Virus record (IMG/VR): IMGVR_UViG_3300050154_000155
Length of the DNA stretch: 42,771 bases
Direction: 5' to 3' (one strand)
Origin: a virus
How positions within the stretch are numbered: position 1 is the first letter of the stretch; every line of letters begins with the position of its first letter. The translations under genes and the position numbers were made by a program. The notes below the pieces were generated by a model. That model was not told the origin of the DNA. It saw only the letters and a program-made list of their open reading frames with translations, and did no database searches. Of this stretch, positions 26,567-34,518 are shown piece after piece.

Positions 26567-28186
26567 TTATTTATTCCCCGCAAAAGTGGCACGACGTGCC
26601 GGTAATTTCCATGGGGCAAACGCAACACTTGGGTCACCGTGGAATTCACTGATTAAACGCCCAGTTTGATCGGCGCGACGCACTTCGCGTAAATTGCCTG
26701 CCCCAACCGCATCAATGCTAGTGGCATTAACTTGCGCGTCGGTGTAAATGCGCTCTTCGGCCATTGCCAACACACCACTGTTAGTGATTGAAGCAATGTC
26801 AATATCTTTAGCGCGTGGCGAATATTTCTGATATTTCAAAGCAAGACGTTTACGATAGGCCAATGCCGATTCACCGCGTTGTGCCATAGGTGCGCGTTCG
26901 CCGAATAAATTAGCCACGCTGTCGGCGCGGATTTGCGCATCGGCAATGGCGTTTGCTTCTTCGGGTGCGACTTCTGCGGTCTGTGCGTCGACACGGGCTT
27001 TTAATTCGCTCATTTCGTTACGCAATTTTTCTTCAGCGTCGGCATTCAGAGTTGGCTCAGGCATCGCACCGGCTGGGGCAACTGGCGGCACACCTTCGGG
27101 CTGAGCATCTTTTTGCAACTCGGATTCTTTATTTTCAGCGCCTTCCAATTTGGTGATACGCCCGCCCAATTCGTCGAGTTTACTCAAAATCTGCGATAAC
27201 GGATCGGCGGCGGGTGGTGTCGCGCCAGGTTGAGCGTCATTTTTCAACGCATCTTCTTTCTTATCTTCTGGTTCCATAATAACCTCATTTTGCAAAATGC
27301 CATCGGGTGCGCCTAATTTATCCCACACACCATTCGGAACTATGGCAATGTGATCAATCAATGTAGGCTTACCCTCAATTATAACCGGTGTACCATCAAT
27401 ATTAACCGCATTTTCGGCAATTGTTGAGGTTATTATTGACGGACTGGTACTCATTTGCGCATTTGCCAATATCTTAATTGTGTCGGCGTCATATACTCGC
27501 GCAATTGCCCATACGTCACTATCAACAATATACGCGTAAATAGTCGTCCCAACAATTTGATCTGAAAAACTTGCGTCGCTTAACATTCCTTTTTCGGGGT
27601 GTATGAAAATTACGGGCAATCCTTTGCACCGTTCCAGGAAATCAGCCGTGAGATAATTCTCAGGCACCCTGTAAGCATACTCGTTTTTACTGCCCCGCCA
27701 TGTTACGCCTGTACCGGTTATACGCAACGCATAAAGCATCATGTTGCTGTACCATTGGGGCGATGTTAACGCACCGCTGGCGATGTATTCTGCGCATTGC
27801 GTGTCGCTCATTGGGTCGCTGCCAAGTGTGGCAATTAACCCAGGGTGACAATTGTCGGGCAATGCGTCGCGCTCGAACCAACCCCATTCGCTAGACTCGT
27901 CTGAAATTATGGCGTCGGGTGCGTTATTAATTTTAACGCTATACGTGACAAAACCGTCAATGATAGAACGCGGCGTGAGAATATCAGGGGAAATCCCATC
28001 AATGCCGGTTTCCTCGAATAATTCCCGAACAGCGGCGACTTGTGGAGACTCGCCCGCCTCGATGTGCCCGCCTGGGATTGACCATTCGTTAGGGTGATCC
28101 TGCTGTTCACCGCGTTTTAATAGTAATATTCCTTTTGGGCTGGTAATCAAAATACCTGCTGCAAATGTATTAATTGGCTCGTTCAT
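26567..28186 (-). CDS. Nudix hydrolase domain fused to a prohead scaffold/protease-like (DUF2213-like) protein
   Basis: 539 aa.
- Residues 40-62 (GHIEAGESPQVAAVRELFEETGI) are a perfect Nudix box, GX5EX7REUXEEXGU.
- Residues from about 150 to 300 (ALRITGTGVTWRGSKNEYAYRVPENYL...LPVIFIHPEKG...IDHIAIVPNGVWD) look like DUF2213.
- Residues from about 300 to 440 are a Pro/Ala/Glu-rich coiled coil. Confidence 0.7.
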   Translation of the reverse strand: MNEPINTFAAGILITSPKGILLLKRGEQQDHPNEWSIPGGHIEAGESPQVAAVRELFEETGIDGISPDILTPRSIIDGFVTYSVKINNAPDAIISDESSEWGWFERDALPDNCHPGLIATLGSDPMSDTQCAEYIASGALTSPQWYSNMMLYALRITGTGVTWRGSKNEYAYRVPENYLTADFLERCKGLPVIFIHPEKGMLSDASFSDQIVGTTIYAYIVDSDVWAIARVYDADTIKILANAQMSTSPSIITSTIAENAVNIDGTPVIIEGKPTLIDHIAIVPNGVWDKLGAPDGILQNEVIMEPEDKKEDALKNDAQPGATPPAADPLSQILSKLDELGGRITKLEGAENKESELQKDAQPEGVPPVAPAGAMPEPTLNADAEEKLRNEMSELKARVDAQTAEVAPEEANAIADAQIRADSVANLFGERAPMAQRGESALAYRKRLALKYQKYSPRAKDIDIASITNSGVLAMAEERIYTDAQVNATSIDAVGAGNLREVRRADQTGRLISEFHGDPSVAFAPWKLPARRATFAGNK

Positions 28187-28973
28187 TTATTTTCGCCGCC
28201 CCTTTTTTAGTGAGCATATCGCTAGGCAATTTGCGCAAGGAATAAACATATTGCAGGAAACAACGGCAAAACACCTCTTCGCCTGGCTGAGTAATTTGAT
28301 CTAAATAGCCCGCAGCGCCTGGCTTAACCAATCCTTTATTTTGCGCCCAACTGCCGCGTATCAGATACATTAAATCGTCACGTTCTTTGTGATCTGGCCG
28401 ATAGTTGTAACCTGGCTGGCGATAATGACTATGCCAGATTGCTGCAATTGCGCCGCCATCTACAGCAATGACTTGATTGAGCGCGGCAATGAATTTATGT
28501 CCTTGGTCAATCTCTAAACGATTCTTTTCATAGCGAATTGTGGCAATGTCTTTATAAACGCTTGCGGCATCCTCGGTCACGTTAAGCACACTGCTGCCGC
28601 CGTCCGGTACTGATGATGCCCAGCCGGAAAAACGTTGCAACGTGCGAGCTGTGGCCTGTGCTTTATTGAGCTTGATTAGTTCGGTCGCCGCGTAAATTCG
28701 CTTGTCTAGTTCATTCTGCAAGCGTGGGCGCATTTGTGTAAGCTGAAATCGCGTCACTTCAGGGTGATATTGCAGAATTTTGCCGTCATTAATTTTGACA
28801 TTGAACAGCGAACGCAAATATTTAACGAGCGATTCGGGGTCGACGTCCAAGTGATAATCTAACAATTCGCGTAATTTTGGCATCCAGTATTCCAGGCGTA
28901 TTTGGCTATACCCGTTGCGTTTAAAGTCGCTCATGGCCTCGCGCAGCATATTGTAAAATCTAACGGTTATCAT
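28170..28973 (-). CDS. Minor head morphogenesis protein (Mu F / SPP1 gp7 family)
   Basis: 267 aa, directly after the portal gene. It carries the family-typical C-terminal PGEEVFCRC motif. Confidence 0.6.
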   Translation of the reverse strand: MITVRFYNMLREAMSDFKRNGYSQIRLEYWMPKLRELLDYHLDVDPESLVKYLRSLFNVKINDGKILQYHPEVTRFQLTQMRPRLQNELDKRIYAATELIKLNKAQATARTLQRFSGWASSVPDGGSSVLNVTEDAASVYKDIATIRYEKNRLEIDQGHKFIAALNQVIAVDGGAIAAIWHSHYRQPGYNYRPDHKERDDLMYLIRGSWAQNKGLVKPGAAGYLDQITQPGEEVFCRCFLQYVYSLRKLPSDMLTKKGAAKINERAN

Positions 28974-30379
28974 AGTGTTTCAACTCGCGGATCGGGCGTT
29001 TCGGCTGGCGCTGGTGGCTGGTACGCTGCGAGCGCTTGGATATCCAGTACCAGTTTATTTTTAAACAGCTTGTTCGCTTCGTTTAAATTATTCATCGCCC
29101 ATTCGAGCAGTGCCGCTTTATTTTCAGGGTCGAGATTCGGCAGCATGACTTCCAGCATACTGGTAACCGCTTCAAATTTAATTTTATCGACTTCAACTTG
29201 TTTACTCTCCGGTTCGATTAAATAGCTCGGCCAAGTAAATTCAAACGCATTACACCACTGAGCATACGCAGTTGCATAGGGAACATTCGCTAAATCGGGG
29301 TTACTGGCTTGAATCGTTGCGTAAAACTCTTCTGTCCAGGCGCGCAATTGAACGATACGGATAAAAAAGTTATACAGCGGTTTCCAGTCGGCGCGGAGTC
29401 CATCAATATACGATGCGACACTTTTTGCATCTTCTGTGCCCTCGCCGAACCCGCGCGTAAACGTTTCGGAATTTAGCATGATTGCAGGCATATCGGCAGC
29501 TGCGGCAATGTCGGCCAGTACGTGCTGGCGGGCGCTGTCCATTGGCTGCTGAAGGTTAGTTAAATCAATGCTTTCGATGCTGTCCTGTGCGCCAATTTGC
29601 ACCACGTCGCCAGTTTTACCCTGTCGCAAAATAATACGCTTGATTTTACTGATACCTTCGGCCACCGCATTAGCCATAGACGTTTGTGAAAAGATTTTAG
29701 CGATGAGCATGCCACATTTAACCAGCACATGATTATCGGTGCGCATGCCCTGTACAAAGGATTTAAGCGGATATAATGCCCGCTGATATACGCTACGCCC
29801 CGTGTAGCCATAACCGGATTCGGTGTAGGCCAGATATATCCCCGACTCGTTTTGCAACGTGCAGGTTCGCCCTGCTGCGTATTCTGTGCCAGCCGTGCGA
29901 ATTGTGTCATGTTTAAGAAAGTCCGGCGCATTAGGATTAATATTGCATATCATCGAGCCGGCAACGTTGAGCGGGTCCCATACGTTAAAGGCCAGCGCCG
30001 GATCGCGCCATTGTTCAGTAGTGAGCGACTGATTATTTGCAGTGCCTGGTACAATCGCCCCTGTCGTACCGTGCCCGTAAATTCTACTTAACCGAACGGT
30101 TTCGGCAATGACATTATCAGCCCCCAGCGAGTCCCATTCATCCCAAAACGCTTTTACAACTAAATCGGACGGGGCGTTTTTCACCGTGATCAGCGGTCGC
30201 TGTGATTGTCCCATGCGGATCGGGCGATCGACCATTTTTCCGCCAAGCGGGTGATACAAGTAAATGATTTTGCAGGTTTCGTAACTCGTGGGCGTACCTG
30301 GTTCGATGTCTACCGATTCCAGAACATCCATTAATTTACTTTTCGCTTCGCTCTGCGTTTGTAGATCCAATAGTGCCAT
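28970..30379 (-). CDS. Portal protein
   Basis: 469 aa, immediately downstream of the large terminase gene. ATGA overlap with the Mu-F-like gene. Confidence 0.65.
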   Translation of the reverse strand: MALLDLQTQSEAKSKLMDVLESVDIEPGTPTSYETCKIIYLYHPLGGKMVDRPIRMGQSQRPLITVKNAPSDLVVKAFWDEWDSLGADNVIAETVRLSRIYGHGTTGAIVPGTANNQSLTTEQWRDPALAFNVWDPLNVAGSMICNINPNAPDFLKHDTIRTAGTEYAAGRTCTLQNESGIYLAYTESGYGYTGRSVYQRALYPLKSFVQGMRTDNHVLVKCGMLIAKIFSQTSMANAVAEGISKIKRIILRQGKTGDVVQIGAQDSIESIDLTNLQQPMDSARQHVLADIAAAADMPAIMLNSETFTRGFGEGTEDAKSVASYIDGLRADWKPLYNFFIRIVQLRAWTEEFYATIQASNPDLANVPYATAYAQWCNAFEFTWPSYLIEPESKQVEVDKIKFEAVTSMLEVMLPNLDPENKAALLEWAMNNLNEANKLFKNKLVLDIQALAAYQPPAPAETPDPRVETL

Positions 30380-30381
30380 TT

Positions 30382-31674
30382 TTAGAATCCTGCGCTGTTG
30401 CCTAATGCAATAGCCACGCCATAGTTAAATGTATCGAACAAATCGTCAGCCTGGTCTTTTTCCCCGATGACGAATTGCAGCACCTGGTAGAGAAAATGAT
30501 TTTTAGACTGCGATTTATACGTTGTGATTTTATTATACGCGAACTCGGATATTTTCACCTGTCCGCCAGCGACATAGCCAGAAATGTTGATAGCCCGCGA
30601 TTCTTTGCCAATGCTGGTCATATCGCTATCGATCGCGTAAACCGGCCAGCCTGAATTTTTACCCTGCTGTATCAGGGTAATACCGGTGGATTTATCTTCT
30701 ATCCAGGCACCGATAAAACCGTCACGGGCGCGACACATTCCGGCCAGGTCGCGCCCGTGATTTATCCATTGGGGCAACACGTCTTTTAGGAAATAACCAT
30801 CAATTTGGACAATTTCCCAGTCCAGGACAATTAATTTCGGGGTGGGAAAATTGGTCATGGCGAACCAGGTAACCGCGGTGCCGTCATTTGTCTCGCCTGA
30901 TTTAGCTGCGCAGTCGACAACCGCAAAAACATAATCGCAAATGATCGGATATTGTAGCGGTCGAAATTGCTCGTCGAGTAGCCATTCAGTTTTAAAGAAG
31001 TTTTGTCCGTTCCAGTTAACGAATTCGGCGCGATATTCCTGCTGTATGACAAGCGGCGATTTATTTTTAGTGAGGTCGTTATACGCGTCAATTGAAATTG
31101 CGGGATTAGCGATTGTGGGTGCCCAGTGGCGACGCCAGCCTAATTTCGGTTGATCCCAGGCGAGCCAGAAATAATTCTCATCGTTTATCCCCTTTGGCGT
31201 TCCGGCCATAATTGCGTCGCCGTTATAGTCAAGCAATGTTGGCTCGATAGCCTGTTCCCATGTGTCCTTTAAGCCTTTTTTGACAAGTCCCGCCTCGTCA
31301 ATTAGCGCCAGGTGATATTTACGCGAGCGCCCCGCATTTTCATCGTCGAGTGTCCAGAATTCAACTTTGCCGCCGGTTACAGTTTCTATAATCATTTCAT
31401 TTTTAGACGCGTAAGCAACGGCATTGCCTAGGAGTTTTTTTACCGCTTTATATGATGGCGTCATCAACTTGTAGGACGGGCAAAACCAGCCGACGAATTT
31501 ACCCGTACCCGAATTTAAAGCGGCTTTTTGTTCAAAATATGTGGTTTTGCCAAAGCGCCGCCCCGCTGCGATAATATCTCGCTTACTTAACGTCGACTCG
31601 ATCCGCAATTGCTCCTTGTGTAGGGGTTGCAATTGGATCGCGATATTCGATGTCCTGGAGGATTGGCGCACCAT
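30382..31674 (-). CDS. terL: Terminase large subunit
   Basis: 430 aa. Walker A is AAGRRFGKT, Walker B-like is LALIDEAG, and the C-terminal part is nuclease-like. An alternative TTG start after AAGGAG would shorten the overlap with terS. Confidence 0.8.
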   Translation of the reverse strand: MVRQSSRTSNIAIQLQPLHKEQLRIESTLSKRDIIAAGRRFGKTTYFEQKAALNSGTGKFVGWFCPSYKLMTPSYKAVKKLLGNAVAYASKNEMIIETVTGGKVEFWTLDDENAGRSRKYHLALIDEAGLVKKGLKDTWEQAIEPTLLDYNGDAIMAGTPKGINDENYFWLAWDQPKLGWRRHWAPTIANPAISIDAYNDLTKNKSPLVIQQEYRAEFVNWNGQNFFKTEWLLDEQFRPLQYPIICDYVFAVVDCAAKSGETNDGTAVTWFAMTNFPTPKLIVLDWEIVQIDGYFLKDVLPQWINHGRDLAGMCRARDGFIGAWIEDKSTGITLIQQGKNSGWPVYAIDSDMTSIGKESRAINISGYVAGGQVKISEFAYNKITTYKSQSKNHFLYQVLQFVIGEKDQADDLFDTFNYGVAIALGNSAGF

Positions 31675-32416
31675 TTATTACAACCTGATATTTTTGTTCT
31701 GTTTCATCGCTTGTAACTCCATTTATATTTTTGATCACGCCGCTCGATCCGAGCAATCGCAATAATGTTTCACGCGCTTTTTGTTGATCATGCATCATAA
31801 CTTCGATATTACCATTCTTGTCGTATTTTGCGCCGGCGTAAAGCTTTCTCGCGCCATATGACAAATAGCGGGTGTCCGCGACGTGAACCGACACAACGCC
31901 CTCGCCTCGGCAGTGCGGGCAATCGTGAGCTGGGTCAAGCGTGGGGTTAAAACCATAACCGCCCGCGTCGTTTGGCAGGGGCATTAGGTTGCCCTCCATT
32001 TCGGGATGTTTAACAAGCAACGCCTCGCGCTCGCTGTCCGCTTCCTGGAGGGCTTTCATAAACTGCACAACACTATCCCACTGGTATTCGTGTTCGACGC
32101 CCCAGCAATACCGGCAGCACGTCCTGCGCACACTTACCAACTCATTCGGGTCTGCCGTTGCGATAGCCACGCAGTCAGCTATCAGGTCGTGAAAATCGAA
32201 CGCGATTGAACCGGAGAGTTTACAACGCAGTTCTGCGATAAAATGTTGCACGTTCGCTTTAGCCAGGAGTTTGATCCCGAAACGGTCAAATTGGGCTGGC
32301 TCAAGCTTGCGCTGGCGGATCATTTTCTCGAACGCTTTTCTGTACGCCCGCGCGGGATTTCCGGTGATAACGTACTGGTATGCGAATTCCCGCTCGCAGT
32401 CGGTAATTTTAGCCAC
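31583..32416 (-). CDS. terS: Terminase small subunit (Terminase_2-like N-terminus) with a Cys-rich middle region
   Basis: 277 aa. GTG start preceded by AGGA. EREFAYQYVITGNPARAYRKAF...LLAKANVQHFI fits the small-terminase HTH pattern. There are CCRYC...CPHC cysteine pairs. It is the first gene of the late operon. Confidence 0.6.
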   Translation of the reverse strand: MAKITDCEREFAYQYVITGNPARAYRKAFEKMIRQRKLEPAQFDRFGIKLLAKANVQHFIAELRCKLSGSIAFDFHDLIADCVAIATADPNELVSVRRTCCRYCWGVEHEYQWDSVVQFMKALQEADSEREALLVKHPEMEGNLMPLPNDAGGYGFNPTLDPAHDCPHCRGEGVVSVHVADTRYLSYGARKLYAGAKYDKNGNIEVMMHDQQKARETLLRLLGSSGVIKNINGVTSDETEQKYQVVINGAPILQDIEYRDPIATPTQGAIADRVDVK

Positions 32417-32598
32417 GGTTAATTTCCTGTCTTAATTGTCTCAATTCGGTGATTTTAGCAGCTAAAAAGGCAAAATAAAAAGTCCTTATAAATCAATGAC
32501 AACGAGTTTTGGTCGGCAACGGCCTACTTCTCCGCTTCCCTACAAATGTTTCTGTTACATTTACATTTACACTTTTTCCGCCACTGGTTTTTTCTTTG

Positions 32599-32685
32599 TT
32601 ATTTGGTTATTTGGTTATTTATCTTATAACTCTTTAATAAATAAAGAAAAATAATAATAAAGAGAACAACCAAATAACCAAATGA
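32599..32685. repeat. AT-rich palindromic iteron cluster: a 16-bp perfect inverted repeat, ATTTGGTTATTTGGTT (32601-32616) / AACCAAATAACCAAAT (32668-32683), made of tandem 8-mers
   Basis: Read directly. A further ATTTGGTTATTT copy is at 32777-32788. TTTAAAATTTC occurs at 32704 and 32760. Confidence 0.85.
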
Positions 32686-32797
32686 AAACCCAATCTTAAA
32701 TATTTTAAAATTTCTAAAATTCAGATATTTCAAATTGTAACAAACGGGTTTTTAAAAACTTTAAAATTTCGGAATAATTTGGTTATTTTGTCTAAAT

Positions 32798-32848
32798 GTA
32801 CCTCATTTGAGGAAATCGCTTGCAATCGTACCTCGTTTAAGGTACATT
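32798..32848 (+). promoter_or_regulatory. Early promoter P1 (TTGCAA-N17-TACATT) with the operator GTACCTcgtttaAGGTAC in the spacer and -10, plus an upstream partial operator GTACCTCATTTGAGG
   Basis: -35 at 32820-32825, -10 at 32843-32848, palindrome at 32828-32845, partial site at 32798-32812. Confidence 0.55.
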
Positions 32849-32902
32849 ATAAACATCGGGGCAAGATAAACGCCCACTGTGATCAACAATCGGAGAAACA
32901 CC

Positions 32903-33130
32903 ATGAAATATCAATTATCAGATTTAATTAATGGCGCATATGGAAAAATCTATGACACGCTCGATGAAGCGGAAGCTGCGTACGATGAAGCAGTTGAAGA
33001 AGGCAAGCGGCTTAACCTTGAAAATAGCGATGGCGACAGTGATCGCGGTAGTGACGACACCCGCGTAGAAGATTTTATTTTCCTGATTGAAATGCCCGAC
33101 GAAGTGATATCAAGTGAATCGGCTGAATAA
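32903..33130 (+). CDS. Highly acidic first early protein (75 aa)
   Basis: The ATG is preceded by GGAG 8 nt upstream. It has 22 Asp/Glu against 6 Lys/Arg. It is the first ORF downstream of P1. Confidence 0.55.
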   Translation: MKYQLSDLINGAYGKIYDTLDEAEAAYDEAVEEGKRLNLENSDGDSDRGSDDTRVEDFIFLIEMPDEVISSESAE

Positions 33131-33142
33131 ATTAAAATAAAT

Positions 33143-33171
33143 TTGACAGTGTACCTTAAACTAGGTACACT
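33143..33171 (+). promoter_or_regulatory. Early promoter P2 (TTGACA-N17-TACACT) with the operator GTGTACCTtaaactAGGTACAC in the same position as in P1
   Basis: -35 at 33143-33148, -10 at 33166-33171, palindrome at 33149-33170. Confidence 0.6.
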
Positions 33172-33285
33172 ATTACTTGGCTATCGCTGTGCTGAAATGC
33201 AGGACGAACAGGGCACAATGTATCTAGTGTCGATGTTTGGTCATGAAAATGAATTAAAATTAGTTACCAACGAGGATAATGTTAA

Positions 33286-33861
33286 ATGAAAATTACCAAA
33301 CGTGAATTAATTAAAATGGGTGCTTGTAAACCAGGCTTAAGGCGTTTTATTGAACAAACTAATGATACTGATGAGCTAGTTGATGTAGCTAGTTTAGTTG
33401 GCGGTAAAAATACACTATCAGACTTGACGTGGCTGGCCAGTAAGAAAGTGCCAAAAGAACATTTATTGAGATTTTCATGCGACTGCGCATTAATAAATAT
33501 TAAACTTATAAAGCCGTATACTAATAAATATGAGTTAATTGTTAAGTGGCTTGAAAATCCAACCACTGATGCTGCTGCTGCTTATGCTGCTGCTGCTTAT
33601 GCTGCTGCTGCTAATGCTGCTACTGATGCTGCTTATGCTGCTGCTTATGCTGCTAATGCTGCTGCTAATGCTGCTTATGCTGCTGATGCTTATGCTGCTG
33701 CTAATGCTGCTGCTTATGCTGCTGCTTATGCTGCTGCTAATGCTGCTTATGCTGCTGATGCTTATGCTGCTGCTGCTAATGCTGCTGCTGATGATGATGA
33801 TGAGTGTGGCGAACGTATTAATGAATTGCTAATCGAAATGTTTAACAAGGTTGGTGAATGA
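33286..33861 (+). CDS. Ala/Tyr/Asn/Asp repeat protein with a globular N-terminal domain (GACKPGLRRF...) and a short acidic C-terminal helix
   Basis: 191 aa. The ATG is preceded by GAGG. Residues 95-172 consist only of A, Y, N, D and one T. Confidence 0.6.
   Translation: MKITKRELIKMGACKPGLRRFIEQTNDTDELVDVASLVGGKNTLSDLTWLASKKVPKEHLLRFSCDCALINIKLIKPYTNKYELIVKWLENPTTDAAAAYAAAAYAAAANAATDAAYAAAYAANAAANAAYAADAYAAANAAAYAAAYAAANAAYAADAYAAAANAAADDDDECGERINELLIEMFNKVGE
33568..33801 (+). repeat. Cryptic trinucleotide repeat built only from GCT, TAT, AAT, GAT (and one ACT) codons, including an exact 39-nt duplication 72 nt apart (33667 and 33739)
   Basis: Read directly. Every Ala codon in the tract is GCT. 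Confidence 0.9.
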
Positions 33862-34008
33862 TGGCTGATACAACCGCAGAATAGAGTTTGAGCATTGAGA
33901 CTCAATGCCCACAGTGTAATCACGAATTTACCTGCGAATTTGTTCGTTGAGGGGTTGATCATGAACACACGATTACCGAGCAAAAAGCATGCTTATTAAG
34001 GATTAATT

Positions 34009-34518
34009 ATGCATAACTATGAAACGTTGTTAGTGCGGCTTGTCGAACGCAATTTACCGTTGCAGTTTGATAACGCTGATCAGCTTGATTTACAGTTGCT
34101 TTGTGACTTGGGTTATATTCACCGTGGGCTGGGCTGCAAAGTGACATCCAGTGGTATGGCGCGGTATAATGCCATCAAGAAATCTGCATTCCCTGAAACC
34201 GCGATACGTGGTATCGCCGAATGGTTCGCCAAGTGGTTCAAAGCCAAGCCGCCAGTTGAACAATACGGGCGTAATATTATCGAACAGGCTATTCACCAGG
34301 GATATAACGTATCAGTATTTGAATCGCTTAACGAGTCGCCGATTGTCCGACGCTCTCGCGCCATCAAGGAAATTTGTCACGTTAAAGGTGATCGCGTTTT
34401 CGGTATCTGGTCAAAGCACCGGTCATTTATTGGTTATATTTTCATGGATGCTAATTGGACGATCACGAATTATACAGTCACCCCTGAAATTGTCGAATTA
34501 TTGGAGTTGGCAAAATGA
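34009..34518 (+). CDS. Hypothetical early protein (169 aa)
   Basis: ORF in an AT-rich early block. No family recognised. Confidence 0.5.
   Translation: MHNYETLLVRLVERNLPLQFDNADQLDLQLLCDLGYIHRGLGCKVTSSGMARYNAIKKSAFPETAIRGIAEWFAKWFKAKPPVEQYGRNIIEQAIHQGYNVSVFESLNESPIVRRSRAIKEICHVKGDRVFGIWSKHRSFIGYIFMDANWTITNYTVTPEIVELLELAK

Noticed and set aside
33197-33289. A 30-aa upstream ORF (MQDEQGTMYLVSMFGHENELKLVTNEDNVK) whose TGA overlaps the ATG of the repeat-protein gene.
   Set aside because: It has no Shine-Dalgarno. It may simply be 5' UTR, or it could be a leader peptide. The evidence is insufficient to annotate it.
33539-33983. Poly-Leu/Met ORF on the plus strand (33539..33832) and a minus-strand ORF (33762..33983) over the GCT repeat.
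   Set aside because: They are by-products of the trinucleotide repeat. Only the Ala/Tyr frame connects to flanking non-repetitive coding sequence and an RBS.
33862-34008. A mini-ORF encoding ...SIETQCPQCNHEFTCEFVR (zinc-ribbon-like) and a 12-aa ORF between the repeat gene and the next gene.
   Set aside because: There is no ATG or RBS and it covers only about 20 codons. It could be a relic, but it cannot be supported as a gene.
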